Virus record (IMG/VR): IMGVR_UViG_3300014169_000013
Location: 1-37,096 of that record
DNA from: a virus
Lineage: Duplodnaviria; Caudoviricetes
Length of the DNA: 37,096 nucleotides
Strand: one strand, 5' to 3'
Part shown: positions 8,792 to 17,833 of the stretch, piece after piece
Layout: the number at the start of each line of letters is the position of its first letter
How positions within the stretch are numbered: the first letter of the stretch is position 1
Position numbers and translations under genes: made by a program
The notes under the pieces: generated by a model
Seen by the model: only the letters and a program-made list of their open reading frames with translations
What the model was told of the DNA's origin: nothing
Databases searched by the model: none

Positions 8792-8813
8792 TTATTTAGC
8801 CCTCTAAAAGTTA

Positions 8814-10205
8814 TCACCAGCAGAATACCCAAATACATCCATCGCCACCGGCGCCACCGGCGCCAGAGTTAGTCGCTCCAGCAGAGAAGTTTGAACCGCC
8901 GCCCCCGCCTCCACCACCAGGATATCCGCCCTTACCGCCAGCAGTTCCAGCAGTTGAAGCTGTTACAGTTCCACCACCACCACCACCACCACTACCCGCG
9001 GTAACAGTCGATGACCCGCCAGCAGTTGTTGGAGATCCAGCAGAGCCTGCTGCAGGGCTTGAGCCTGAAGTTCCAGCACTACCACCGCCTCCCGATCCGG
9101 GAGAAACGCTTGGGCCAGAAGCGCCGCCTGCAGTAGGTTGAATGTTCGCAGGGCCCGATGTGGCGCCGCCGCCCATTCCGCCCCCACCACCGCCCCAAAT
9201 TGAAGTACCAGCCGCAAAATTTGCAGGAACTGCAGTTGATCCCCCGCCAGCGCCCCCGCCGTATTCAGCGTATCCGCCCGCGGCAGTGATTGAACTAGCC
9301 GCACCACCTCCGCCGACAGCAGTTACAGTTGATGCTCCAGGAGGTCCGCCAGCTTGAGCCGTTGCAGCGCCAATAAGACCTATACCACCAGTACCGCCGC
9401 CAGTTCCGCCAGCACTTGCAACTCCTGTTACGGCTCCGCCGAACCCTCCACCGCCTCCTCCTGCAAAAACATATGCGCCAGAGGTTTGAGATGTTGCACC
9501 GAAAATCGTATTGCCGCCATTGCCGCCATTGCCGCCAGCAGATGCGTTAACAGCATTGCCCGCCGTTCCTCCTTGGCCAACAACCATGTTGACCGAAGAA
9601 CCAAGATCAGAGGCGTTAAAAATTTTCATTGAATATGCACCGCCACCCCCGCCAGAGCCACCTTTACAAGCTGTTCCAGAAGTGCCTGATCCGCCACCAC
9701 CTCCACCACCACCAGCACCGATACAAACAACTTTTACTACGGAAGGCGTAAATGTAGTTGGCTTTGTCCAAGTTTGGTTTCCGAAAGTTGAAAAGACTTG
9801 AACGTTCGGAGAAGATGTGCCAGAAGACTGAACATAAGCGCCGGCAGCGTTGGTTACATAAAATCCAATGGAATTTCCACCGTAATGAAGTGTATATCCA
9901 GGCTGGAGGGTCGCCGTGTAAAGCGTGAAATTTGTAGCACTTACCAAAACGCTTACGGTAATCGTTTGGTTCACGGTATCTAAATTGTTAATTTCTATTT
10001 GGTCCACTTTATATTGTGCAGAAGCTGAACCGGTAAGCATCGCAACTTGTGTTGTGCCATTTAAACTTCCACTTACGTTTGCTGCCGTATTTAGAACGTT
10101 TGCATTTACGTTAACATAGCTAATAAAGTATGATGGCTCGGTAGTGGTTACACCAGCGCCCATCTTTGCTTCTAAAGCGTTACTGGTTCCATTGAGCAAG
10201 ATCAT
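8814..10205 (-). CDS. Glycine-rich tail fibre/spike protein
   Basis: TWTKP...IGAGGGGGGG...GAGGDGCIWV glycine-rich domain. Confidence 0.8.
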   Translation of the reverse strand: MILLNGTSNALEAKMGAGVTTTEPSYFISYVNVNANVLNTAANVSGSLNGTTQVAMLTGSASAQYKVDQIEINNLDTVNQTITVSVLVSATNFTLYTATLQPGYTLHYGGNSIGFYVTNAAGAYVQSSGTSSPNVQVFSTFGNQTWTKPTTFTPSVVKVVCIGAGGGGGGGGSGTSGTACKGGSGGGGGAYSMKIFNASDLGSSVNMVVGQGGTAGNAVNASAGGNGGNGGNTIFGATSQTSGAYVFAGGGGGGFGGAVTGVASAGGTGGGTGGIGLIGAATAQAGGPPGASTVTAVGGGGAASSITAAGGYAEYGGGAGGGSTAVPANFAAGTSIWGGGGGGMGGGATSGPANIQPTAGGASGPSVSPGSGGGGSAGTSGSSPAAGSAGSPTTAGGSSTVTAGSGGGGGGGTVTASTAGTAGGKGGYPGGGGGGGGSNFSAGATNSGAGGAGGDGCIWVFCW

Positions 10206-12085
10206 GTGTAGACTCCATAGGTGACCATGCCACCAATAAGGGAAGACGAAACACTAGAAATAATATTTAATGGTAATTGAAAAACAGTCCATTCAAGTGA
10301 TGTTCCTGCCGTTCCATATGTCACGCCAGGAGCGATATACGCTGTCCCAGCATTTTCAGAACCTAATTGTATTTTTATAGTTACAGCACTCGTAGTTCCT
10401 GGAGAATATATCCCCTGCAAAGCACATGGGTTTCCGAACGTATTTCCTGCGATTGTGGCTGTAGCAACACCGCTCGCATCTATAATTACAGTCCCATCCG
10501 TTAACTGAGCAATTGCTGATGCAGAAGCCGAAGATGTTAATTGAAATCTTGCTGCGACAAAATAGACAGCACTAGCAGAAGACGGCGTAAATGTAATTCC
10601 TGGCAAATTGCTTGCTGCTGCCGTTATTGTAATGCCTCCAGCAGCCCTTCCAGATGTAGAAAATCCGGCTGTTCCTGAAAATGTCGGATCGGCAAAAACA
10701 CCAGAAGATGTTGTTGTCCATTGCGCGGAAGGTCCAAAATAAGCCGAACCATAGGCAAGCGCAGTTCCTGATCCCCACGTTGGTGCGCTCGCGCCGTTTG
10801 ATTGAAGGACTTGGTTTGTTGTTCCGGCCCCGGTATTCTGAAATTTAGTTCCATCGGTGTAAAGAACCCCGCCAGCAGTAACGGCCAAAGAACCATTGTC
10901 CGTTCCACCGTTAGCGATAGGCAAAACACCCGTTGTTTGAGAAAGCGGAAGAGACAGTGATGATAGGGTTGTCAGTGTAGAGTTAGAAGACGCCGTTATA
11001 TTAGCCGCATTCCCAGAAATGTTTCCAGATACCTGCGAGCCCGGAAGAGATAACGATGATAAGGTTGTCAGCGTCGAATTTGAAGAAGCGGTTATATTTG
11101 CAGCAGTTCCTGTGGTGTTTTGATTGAGCGTTGGAACGTCAGCTACTGCAATCGCGCGAAAAGCTGCTGCCCCAGAACCACCAGTTGAAGGGCCAGCTAA
11201 GAAAGCATTTTGAGATTGGCTCTTGAATGTAGAAATTGTCAGAGTTCCAGCACTAGTGACTGGTGTATTTGTGATGTTGAATGTGTTTGTAGAATCTGTA
11301 AGACCTACGCTCGTAACCCCGGTAGCGGGTGCTGCGGCCCAATGGCCAGTGCCCGCGTTATCGGTAGAGGTCCAAATTTGGCCAGAGGTTCCCTCTGATC
11401 CATCCTTAATTTGGATATGCCCACGCAAGCCCGTTGCGGTTCCAGTTTGAAACAGAATCGTACCAGAATTGCCAGAACCCGCATTCCCTGTTTCAATCCA
11501 AATCGAAGGGGTATTGCCGCCAGAACTTGCAGTAAAAATTCCTAAAGATTGTTGATTTTGTGTATAGAGAGCAAGATTTGCAGTATTGCTACCATCTGGC
11601 ATGTTCTGAGAAATTCCTAGAAATCCCTTGGTAGTTGTTCCATCTGTAGCGCCGAAACTTTCACTGCTAACTGACAACCACGGATTATTATACTGCCCGA
11701 GATTTATGGTTCCGGCACTTCCTGGATTGATGTCAACATTTACCGCAGTAGAAGCAAGATTGCTTAAGGCAGTATTGGCTAGCCCTGAAATTGAGGGAAC
11801 AGAGAAATAACCTAAAGTTCCACCAGAGTTAGTTCCGTAATATTTGCTATTTCCAGGCGTTGCCGAATCATTGACAAGCGTAACGGTCCCAGAATTGTTT
11901 ACGATACTGTCAGAGAAGGTTAACGTCGATTGATCAGTGGACGCAATCGTTAGGGTGTTTCCGCCGGATGGAGTGATCGTAATGCCGGTACCAGCCGCGA
12001 TTGTTAGCGCGCCAGTGAGGGTGTTAAGGCTTGATACGCCGCCTGATCCGCCCCCTCCGCTTGGTGGCCATTCGAACGAGGCTAT
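10202..12085 (-). CDS. Tail fibre protein (627 aa; probable ATA start, extended beyond the track's 11677)
   Basis: Frame stays open 408 nt upstream of 11677 to AGGGGG-CCTT-ATA GCC TCG TTC GAA TGG CCA CCA; GVSSLN/GVTSVG fibre motifs. Confidence 0.75.
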   Translation of the reverse strand: MASFEWPPSGGGGSGGVSSLNTLTGALTIAAGTGITITPSGGNTLTIASTDQSTLTFSDSIVNNSGTVTLVNDSATPGNSKYYGTNSGGTLGYFSVPSISGLANTALSNLASTAVNVDINPGSAGTINLGQYNNPWLSVSSESFGATDGTTTKGFLGISQNMPDGSNTANLALYTQNQQSLGIFTASSGGNTPSIWIETGNAGSGNSGTILFQTGTATGLRGHIQIKDGSEGTSGQIWTSTDNAGTGHWAAAPATGVTSVGLTDSTNTFNITNTPVTSAGTLTISTFKSQSQNAFLAGPSTGGSGAAAFRAIAVADVPTLNQNTTGTAANITASSNSTLTTLSSLSLPGSQVSGNISGNAANITASSNSTLTTLSSLSLPLSQTTGVLPIANGGTDNGSLAVTAGGVLYTDGTKFQNTGAGTTNQVLQSNGASAPTWGSGTALAYGSAYFGPSAQWTTTSSGVFADPTFSGTAGFSTSGRAAGGITITAAASNLPGITFTPSSASAVYFVAARFQLTSSASASAIAQLTDGTVIIDASGVATATIAGNTFGNPCALQGIYSPGTTSAVTIKIQLGSENAGTAYIAPGVTYGTAGTSLEWTVFQLPLNIISSVSSSLIGGMVTYGVYT

Positions 12086-12093
12086 AAGGCCCC

Positions 12094-12594
12094 CTAATTC
12101 AAGTCTTTGACTTGCCCATAGGCAGTCAAAGTACCTGATCCAGTAGAATTGGTATATTGCAAAAGCAAATATTTGAACGGAAGCTGGTTCAAATCCACCG
12201 CATATCCACCAGCCGATCCGGTTGGTTGAGTAAGCGCAGGATTAAACGTGAGCGCATAGAAATTTAATCCAGAACATGAAACCATAACAGAAAAAGTTCC
12301 AGTCGGCGTTCCTGTCCACGTGATTTCAAGGCCCATATTGTCCATGCGGGAAATATCAAGAATCTGAGTATAGATTGTGTTTGTGCCGGACATTGCCCCA
12401 TCAAGAAGGCCAGAAGGGGCGGACCCTTGACCTTGAACGGTCATATTTTGGGGATAAAACCCGGTTGCAGGATTTGTTGATTGCCAACTTAACCCAGGAG
12501 AATTAACAGGAAGGCTTGAAACAGAAGGCGCTAAAGGACCTAAAACTACCGGATACTGATTTTTCCCACTAATAGAATTACCCTGCCTTCCCAA
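12094..12594 (-). CDS. Virion structural protein (true start may be ATT at 12573)
   Basis: WTGTPTGTFSV...QLPFKYLLLQYT beta-sandwich pattern. Confidence 0.75.
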   Translation of the reverse strand: MGRQGNSISGKNQYPVVLGPLAPSVSSLPVNSPGLSWQSTNPATGFYPQNMTVQGQGSAPSGLLDGAMSGTNTIYTQILDISRMDNMGLEITWTGTPTGTFSVMVSCSGLNFYALTFNPALTQPTGSAGGYAVDLNQLPFKYLLLQYTNSTGSGTLTAYGQVKDLN

Positions 12595-12629
12595 AAAAGG
12601 TCTACGGGTTGCTAAGACCCGCGGCTTCT

Positions 12630-12652
12630 ATTAATGTCGAGATGTTTCAGAA
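12630..12652 (-). promoter_or_regulatory. Late-gene motif copy 1: TTCTGAAACA-N6-CATTAAT
   Basis: Shared with 25352-25374 and 30739-30761. Confidence 0.6.
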
Positions 12653-12653
12653 T

Positions 12654-14036
12654 TTAGTCTTTTTGATCCAATTGGCGCTTTTGATTCGGAAGGGCAGACT
12701 GTTCACTTGTCTTATTTAGTTGCTTGAGTTCAACCCCAGAGGCCTTCTTGGGCTGTTTCCCTTGCGGCGTTTGTTGGCTCGGCGCATTCGCTCTTAAAAT
12801 AGCTTGCATGGCCATTGGAGTCTGATTTGTGGTTAAGGGCTGTCCCATAAGCCTTGAAAGGCCCTGTTTTTGGTGTCTATTGAGCGTCTGGCCTTGAGTT
12901 TTGGCGTCAATCAAGCCCTCACCCGATTTTTCAACCATTGATTGATATAGGGCAGGATAAAGCGTCTGGACCGTTTGAATATCTTGAGGCTGAATCGTTC
13001 CTTCTTTGGCATGCTGCAAAATCATGTGGGGGTTTTCGGCTAAGTCTAAAGCCCTATTATATTTGTTCTCTGCGGTTATGTCTTTTGGTTGAGGAATGTC
13101 CAAAGGAGCATTCTGCGTTGTTTTTGGTCTAAGCCCAGAAAGATAGTTAGTCGCTTGAGCTGATTTGTACCCGAGTGCCGCTGCGTGGCCAGGGAGCGTC
13201 TGTCCTAAATTTCCGCCAAGATTTAGCATTTGATCTGGATTTTGCCGTAATTCTTCTAGTCGCTGTTTTAATTTTTCACGCCTTTCTTTGTCTGGCTTAA
13301 AATCTAATTTTTCAGAGCCAAAGATGTTTTTGACATTCGATTTTGTAGCCTTATATCCACGCTTTTCTGAATCAACATAATCAGACAGATATTTATGCGG
13401 ATCAGGCGATTGGCCGTTTGAACCAAACTTTGTGAGAAGATGTGAGAGGCCTTGATTGGCGGCAACATGGTCAAGCGACCGAGAGGGATTGGATAAGAAG
13501 GCTTGTTGATCTTCGACTTGGCCACCGCTGGCAAAATGTTCGCAGGATTCTAGATGATCGCCAACGCATCCACCGTGGGCGAAATTCCCCTGCTCAAGAG
13601 ATGAGCCTCCAGGCCCCGCATAGCAGAGGCAGTTAGGGTGACTCTTGCCGAATGACTTACACCTAGGATTGATGCATGGCGGATAATGCTGCTTAGTTTC
13701 CCCAAGGTTACCAATACTAGGAACTGTATTCCCAAGATGTCTTAAAACCGGATCGCTTTCAGCAGAGTATTGAGTAGAATTTGAACCGTCAGTTACAGTC
13801 TTTGTTCCGCCTGAAATTTTAACCGAGGGCGCAACTTTATTTGGCTCGCCCTTCGCACGATTGATTTGATTCGCTGGATCGTTGGGAACGGTAGACGAAT
13901 TGTCAGTAGACCATTTGGGATAGCCCGCTTTTTTCCAATAGGGAGACCCTTCATCTTCTTCGGTAGAGGCTGAAGAAAACTGAGAACCGAGACGACCTCC
14001 TAAAGCTAATTTGACAGGCTTTTTTTTGTGTTTCAA
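12654..14036 (-). CDS. Internal virion/ejection protein
   Basis: Position after the nozzle and other ejection genes; helical; xxxGG motifs; Cys/His cluster. Confidence 0.6.
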   Translation of the reverse strand: MKHKKKPVKLALGGRLGSQFSSASTEEDEGSPYWKKAGYPKWSTDNSSTVPNDPANQINRAKGEPNKVAPSVKISGGTKTVTDGSNSTQYSAESDPVLRHLGNTVPSIGNLGETKQHYPPCINPRCKSFGKSHPNCLCYAGPGGSSLEQGNFAHGGCVGDHLESCEHFASGGQVEDQQAFLSNPSRSLDHVAANQGLSHLLTKFGSNGQSPDPHKYLSDYVDSEKRGYKATKSNVKNIFGSEKLDFKPDKERREKLKQRLEELRQNPDQMLNLGGNLGQTLPGHAAALGYKSAQATNYLSGLRPKTTQNAPLDIPQPKDITAENKYNRALDLAENPHMILQHAKEGTIQPQDIQTVQTLYPALYQSMVEKSGEGLIDAKTQGQTLNRHQKQGLSRLMGQPLTTNQTPMAMQAILRANAPSQQTPQGKQPKKASGVELKQLNKTSEQSALPNQKRQLDQKD

Positions 14037-14335
14037 ATGATCTCGATTCGTTTGTGTTTTCTTGGTTGAATTTGTTGCGGTTCATCAGTCAATTCTTTAT
14101 GAATTCGCTCGAGCTCGTCTTTTTGCTGTTGTTGATAAACCGGGTCATTTTGTTGGGCATCGTAAATGGCATTGCTATGATAAATCCAGCCGCAAAGCGC
14201 CAAATATGGAAGACCAAGAACAATGAAAAGGCCAATAAATACTTTTTTCCATTGGCCCCATTTTTGGGGCATAATACGCCCAATTATTTTGCCGATGAAG
14301 AAAAAAACCAGAACAATCAGAGCTAAACTAATCAT
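14033..14335 (-). CDS. Two-TM membrane protein (moron-like)
   Basis: Two hydrophobic segments; AAGGAG SD; own promoter. Confidence 0.7.
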   Translation of the reverse strand: MISLALIVLVFFFIGKIIGRIMPQKWGQWKKVFIGLFIVLGLPYLALCGWIYHSNAIYDAQQNDPVYQQQQKDELERIHKELTDEPQQIQPRKHKRIEII

Positions 14336-14355
14336 AAAATCTCCTTGTTCCTTTC

Positions 14356-14364
14356 ATTATACCA
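14356..14364 (-). promoter_or_regulatory. Extended -10 promoter
   Basis: TGGTATAAT about 20 nt upstream of ATG 14335. Confidence 0.6.
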
Positions 14365-14379
14365 TGCATCAAGACAGAA

Positions 14380-16110
14380 TTATCGGTAAGTTATTCCCTT
14401 GTCTTTTAATGCATTTGTTTGGACATGATCCATTATATACTCTTTTAAACCGCGTAATTTGTCATGGGCCAATTCTTTTGAATCGCCATATTCTGGCATG
14501 AATCTTGTCATTGCTTCTTGAACGAATTGATCGCCTCTATTGCCTAGGGCGGCTGAAATTATACCTTGCAGCCTGCCTCTATCCGTTTCGACTTGTCTAT
14601 TGGATTCTGTCGAGGGAATCATGTGGCCTAGGCCTTCTCCTAAAATACCGCCCAAGACTCCTGCCTTTTCCGCCCCTCCAGCTCCGGCCCCAGTTGCTCC
14701 AGCTATTCCGGCCCCAGTTGCAGCCCCCGCCGCACCAATAGCGTGAGGACTAAGGTTTCTAAGCGCACGCCCAATTGGGCCAGCTTTTTGCACGTCTTTT
14801 ACAGTTTGTTCGAATATTTTTTCATCTGTTAAGCGACGGATATTTTTATCAGCAATCGAAGCATTTGCCATTTGTTCTTTAATGGCCGATCTCTGTTCTG
14901 GGCCTACTTCTGGATGATATTGAGGATTACTCAGGATGCTGTTGGCAATCGCTTCCCCCTGGGGGGTAAAAACATTAAATTCATTTGCTTTTTCTGGCGA
15001 TGCCATTTGGCCATTAGGAAGCGGCACTTGTTGGTTAACATTTTGGATTCCAGAACTAGAAGGCGTTCCAGTTCCAGCCGATGTAGATTGGCCATTTCCC
15101 CCAGCATTTCCAGAAAAGTTGGGAAGCGCATTGAAGTTAACCGCAGCATCCCGAATATCTTTAGCCTTTGACACTGCCAAATCAGATTTCAATTTTTGAA
15201 GATTTACAAAGGCTTGAGGCGTTCCAAGTTGCTGAGCAATTTTTGAAGCCTGATCTGTGTAGATGTCGGCCATAGAAGCCCTGGCCATTTTTGAAGCAAT
15301 GACTTGGTTTCCATAGAGCGTGTTGTACGCTCCGAAAATTGTTTTCTGATTTTCATTGTTTTGAATTTGCGCTTGAACATCTCGATCAAGGCTTTTGTTC
15401 AAAGTATCTTGGGCGAAATTTGTGCCATGAAATGGAACAGAAAGGCCGCCAAGGAAAAGGCCAAGTGCTGTTGATACTTTTTTAGGATCGGACATATTGT
15501 CCCACGCGGCATTTGGGTTTATATTTTTAAGATTGGCCGCCAAATTATCAGCGTGGGTTGAAAGAGCATTCACATTGTCTTGGTCTCTTTGTGCTTGCTG
15601 TTGAGCGGCCTGAATTCTTGCTTGCTCAACGGGAACCATGGCTTGAGCCTTTGCAGCATCAATTTTTTCTTGATTGCTCGCAGCTTCTTGACCCATCTGC
15701 ATAGCGCCAGTCGGATTTGTAGAACCATTGGGAAGATTGACCGGCGGATTAGCTGTATTAAGCGCCGGTTGTTGAACAGGAACATTTGTCGCGGCCTGTG
15801 TTGCCGCAGCCGACTGAGGTTGAGGCGCTTGATTGACATTCACTGTAACTGGCGGCTTTTGATCTGCATCAGAATCGTCAGACGAAACTGGCGCATCTGG
15901 CGTGCCCTCATCGTAATGAGCGACTTTGTCCTTAGCTTTTTCTTTTAGCTTGGCTTCTCCGCCTTCATATAATGGCAGACGCTTCATAGCCTCCCGCTGA
16001 ACCGGCGAAAGGGCTTTAAGTGCTACGGTTATTGTATGGCCGCCCTCGTGTTTCATTGTCGCAGTTTTTTTATCTTCTGCGACCTTCTTGAATTTCGAGA
16101 AATCAAGCAT
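14380..16110 (-). CDS. Internal virion/ejection protein
   Basis: Ala/Gln-rich helical protein with GxxxG hydrophobic stretches; gene position. Confidence 0.65.
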   Translation of the reverse strand: MLDFSKFKKVAEDKKTATMKHEGGHTITVALKALSPVQREAMKRLPLYEGGEAKLKEKAKDKVAHYDEGTPDAPVSSDDSDADQKPPVTVNVNQAPQPQSAAATQAATNVPVQQPALNTANPPVNLPNGSTNPTGAMQMGQEAASNQEKIDAAKAQAMVPVEQARIQAAQQQAQRDQDNVNALSTHADNLAANLKNINPNAAWDNMSDPKKVSTALGLFLGGLSVPFHGTNFAQDTLNKSLDRDVQAQIQNNENQKTIFGAYNTLYGNQVIASKMARASMADIYTDQASKIAQQLGTPQAFVNLQKLKSDLAVSKAKDIRDAAVNFNALPNFSGNAGGNGQSTSAGTGTPSSSGIQNVNQQVPLPNGQMASPEKANEFNVFTPQGEAIANSILSNPQYHPEVGPEQRSAIKEQMANASIADKNIRRLTDEKIFEQTVKDVQKAGPIGRALRNLSPHAIGAAGAATGAGIAGATGAGAGGAEKAGVLGGILGEGLGHMIPSTESNRQVETDRGRLQGIISAALGNRGDQFVQEAMTRFMPEYGDSKELAHDKLRGLKEYIMDHVQTNALKDKGITYR

Positions 16111-17833
16111 TTTTCATTGACCCCGGCTTTTTAAGATGTTTGCCCGTTGCGCGAAGGCTTTTCAATGTGAATAACCGCATTTTGTCAGCGTTCCCAGTTT
16201 TCTCAACATGAATCGGAATTACAACACCGCCTTCATCCAAAGTCGCTTTCACAGTGTCGTTTTTCAAAGAATCTTTTCCCGGCACCTTGTCTTTTCCTGG
16301 AACAATCTTCCCAAGCTTTTTAGGATCAGCGCCGTGCTTCACCATTTCCACTTCTTCAGGGCTCAAATATCTTTCGCCAGGAGAAACCATTGCCGGCACC
16401 TTTTTTGATTCTCCACCCTTGGAAAAGTATTGCGCGAAATGGGCAGCCGATACTGCATGTTGTTCGTGAGGTTGAAGTTTAAATATTTCTCCACCATGAG
16501 CAACATTGATTTGATCAAGATTGGATGCGTCTTGTGTTTCTGAAGGACCAGCGTATTGATTATTAAACAAATTCGTATTATCGGCCAAGGCTGCATTGGC
16601 ACCATTAACACCACGATTCAGATAATTTTGATGGCCCTGATCATATCCAGATGCTGCGCTTTTCGCTAAATCCATATTAGAATCGGAAGGCCCAGAGTCA
16701 ATTGATGGACCGCCAGATGCGGATGACTGATTATATTGCGGCATTACTTGTGGACTACCGGGCGGATTAACTATCGCCGCGGTTAATGGATTGGCCTGAA
16801 TTTGACCGCCATCTGCATGTTTTCCGATATTCATGGCATTTAGCACGCCAGTCGGAACGCCCATGGATGATGGGTTGTTAGGATCAGCGGGAACAGAACC
16901 GCCAGAATCATAATGCTCCATCCCAAGTTTAGTCATTTTATGAATGAATTCTAGTTTATGTTTTCCGTGCGGATTTACTTCGCCGCCCTTGTTTAATCCA
17001 ATAGCACCCAAAACACTTGATGCGCCAGATTCGATTCCGCCTAAAATTCCTTGGTTATTGCTTGAATTTACGTTGTTGATGTTTGATTGTTGGGAAACTG
17101 CCGCATTGTTTGCCGACGTATTTGCATTCTGCAAAATTCCTTGTTCATTTTGTTGGGCCGTATTCAGGGCAGTTGTAGCGCCTTGACCTTGTGCTACTTG
17201 TTGAGCACCAATACCTGCCGCCGCTTGTTGTTCCGCTAAGGCTTGTTGGGCCTCAAGCGTTGCAGCCTGTCCCGCCGCCGCTTGTTGAGTCCCAGCGCCA
17301 GTTTGTGCAGCCTGTCTTTCCATTAATCCAACATTGGCCGCACCACCACGCTGTCCAGCTGCAAGGGCTGCTTGATTTGCGACATTTGTCCCAGTCGCTT
17401 GAGCGAGTTGAGTCGCCGCAGGATTTGGACCAGCTCCCGCAGCCTCATTAAGTGCTTCTTGCTCTACTGTGTTTTGAGTATTTACACCGGTCTGAACGCC
17501 AGGATTTAAAGTGTTTGTGAGAGCAACCTGTCCATTGATGGCATTATTTGCGCCAGTATAAGCATTATTTAATTGAGCAGCATTGGTTCCTTGTTGGATG
17601 TTTGCCGACTGGGCATTAAGGCCAAGAGCGTTTGAAATTCCCCCGATTCCCGTTCCGTTGGTGTTTGTTGGATTTCCAGGACCACCGACCCCTGCGGGAG
17701 TAATGTTAGGTGCAATCGCTGCTCCGCCGTCATCGAAATATTTCCGGCCAGCGATCTTTTTAATATAACCGCCCTTACTATATCTGATTCGTCCCATTCT
17801 CTCATTGAACTTCCTTGCTTTAGCGATTTCCAT
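16103..17833 (-). CDS. Internal virion (DNA ejection/pilot) protein with C-terminal VPAMVSPGE/DTV..L.EG.VVIP domain
   Basis: AQ-rich core, repeated xxxGG motifs, gene position. Confidence 0.7.
   Translation of the reverse strand: MEIAKARKFNERMGRIRYSKGGYIKKIAGRKYFDDGGAAIAPNITPAGVGGPGNPTNTNGTGIGGISNALGLNAQSANIQQGTNAAQLNNAYTGANNAINGQVALTNTLNPGVQTGVNTQNTVEQEALNEAAGAGPNPAATQLAQATGTNVANQAALAAGQRGGAANVGLMERQAAQTGAGTQQAAAGQAATLEAQQALAEQQAAAGIGAQQVAQGQGATTALNTAQQNEQGILQNANTSANNAAVSQQSNINNVNSSNNQGILGGIESGASSVLGAIGLNKGGEVNPHGKHKLEFIHKMTKLGMEHYDSGGSVPADPNNPSSMGVPTGVLNAMNIGKHADGGQIQANPLTAAIVNPPGSPQVMPQYNQSSASGGPSIDSGPSDSNMDLAKSAASGYDQGHQNYLNRGVNGANAALADNTNLFNNQYAGPSETQDASNLDQINVAHGGEIFKLQPHEQHAVSAAHFAQYFSKGGESKKVPAMVSPGERYLSPEEVEMVKHGADPKKLGKIVPGKDKVPGKDSLKNDTVKATLDEGGVVIPIHVEKTGNADKMRLFTLKSLRATGKHLKKPGSMKNA

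Noticed and set aside
8963-10119. Pro-rich plus-strand ORFs and alternate-frame ORFs in the Gly-rich tail gene
   Set aside because: Shadow frames of Gly codons with no translation signals
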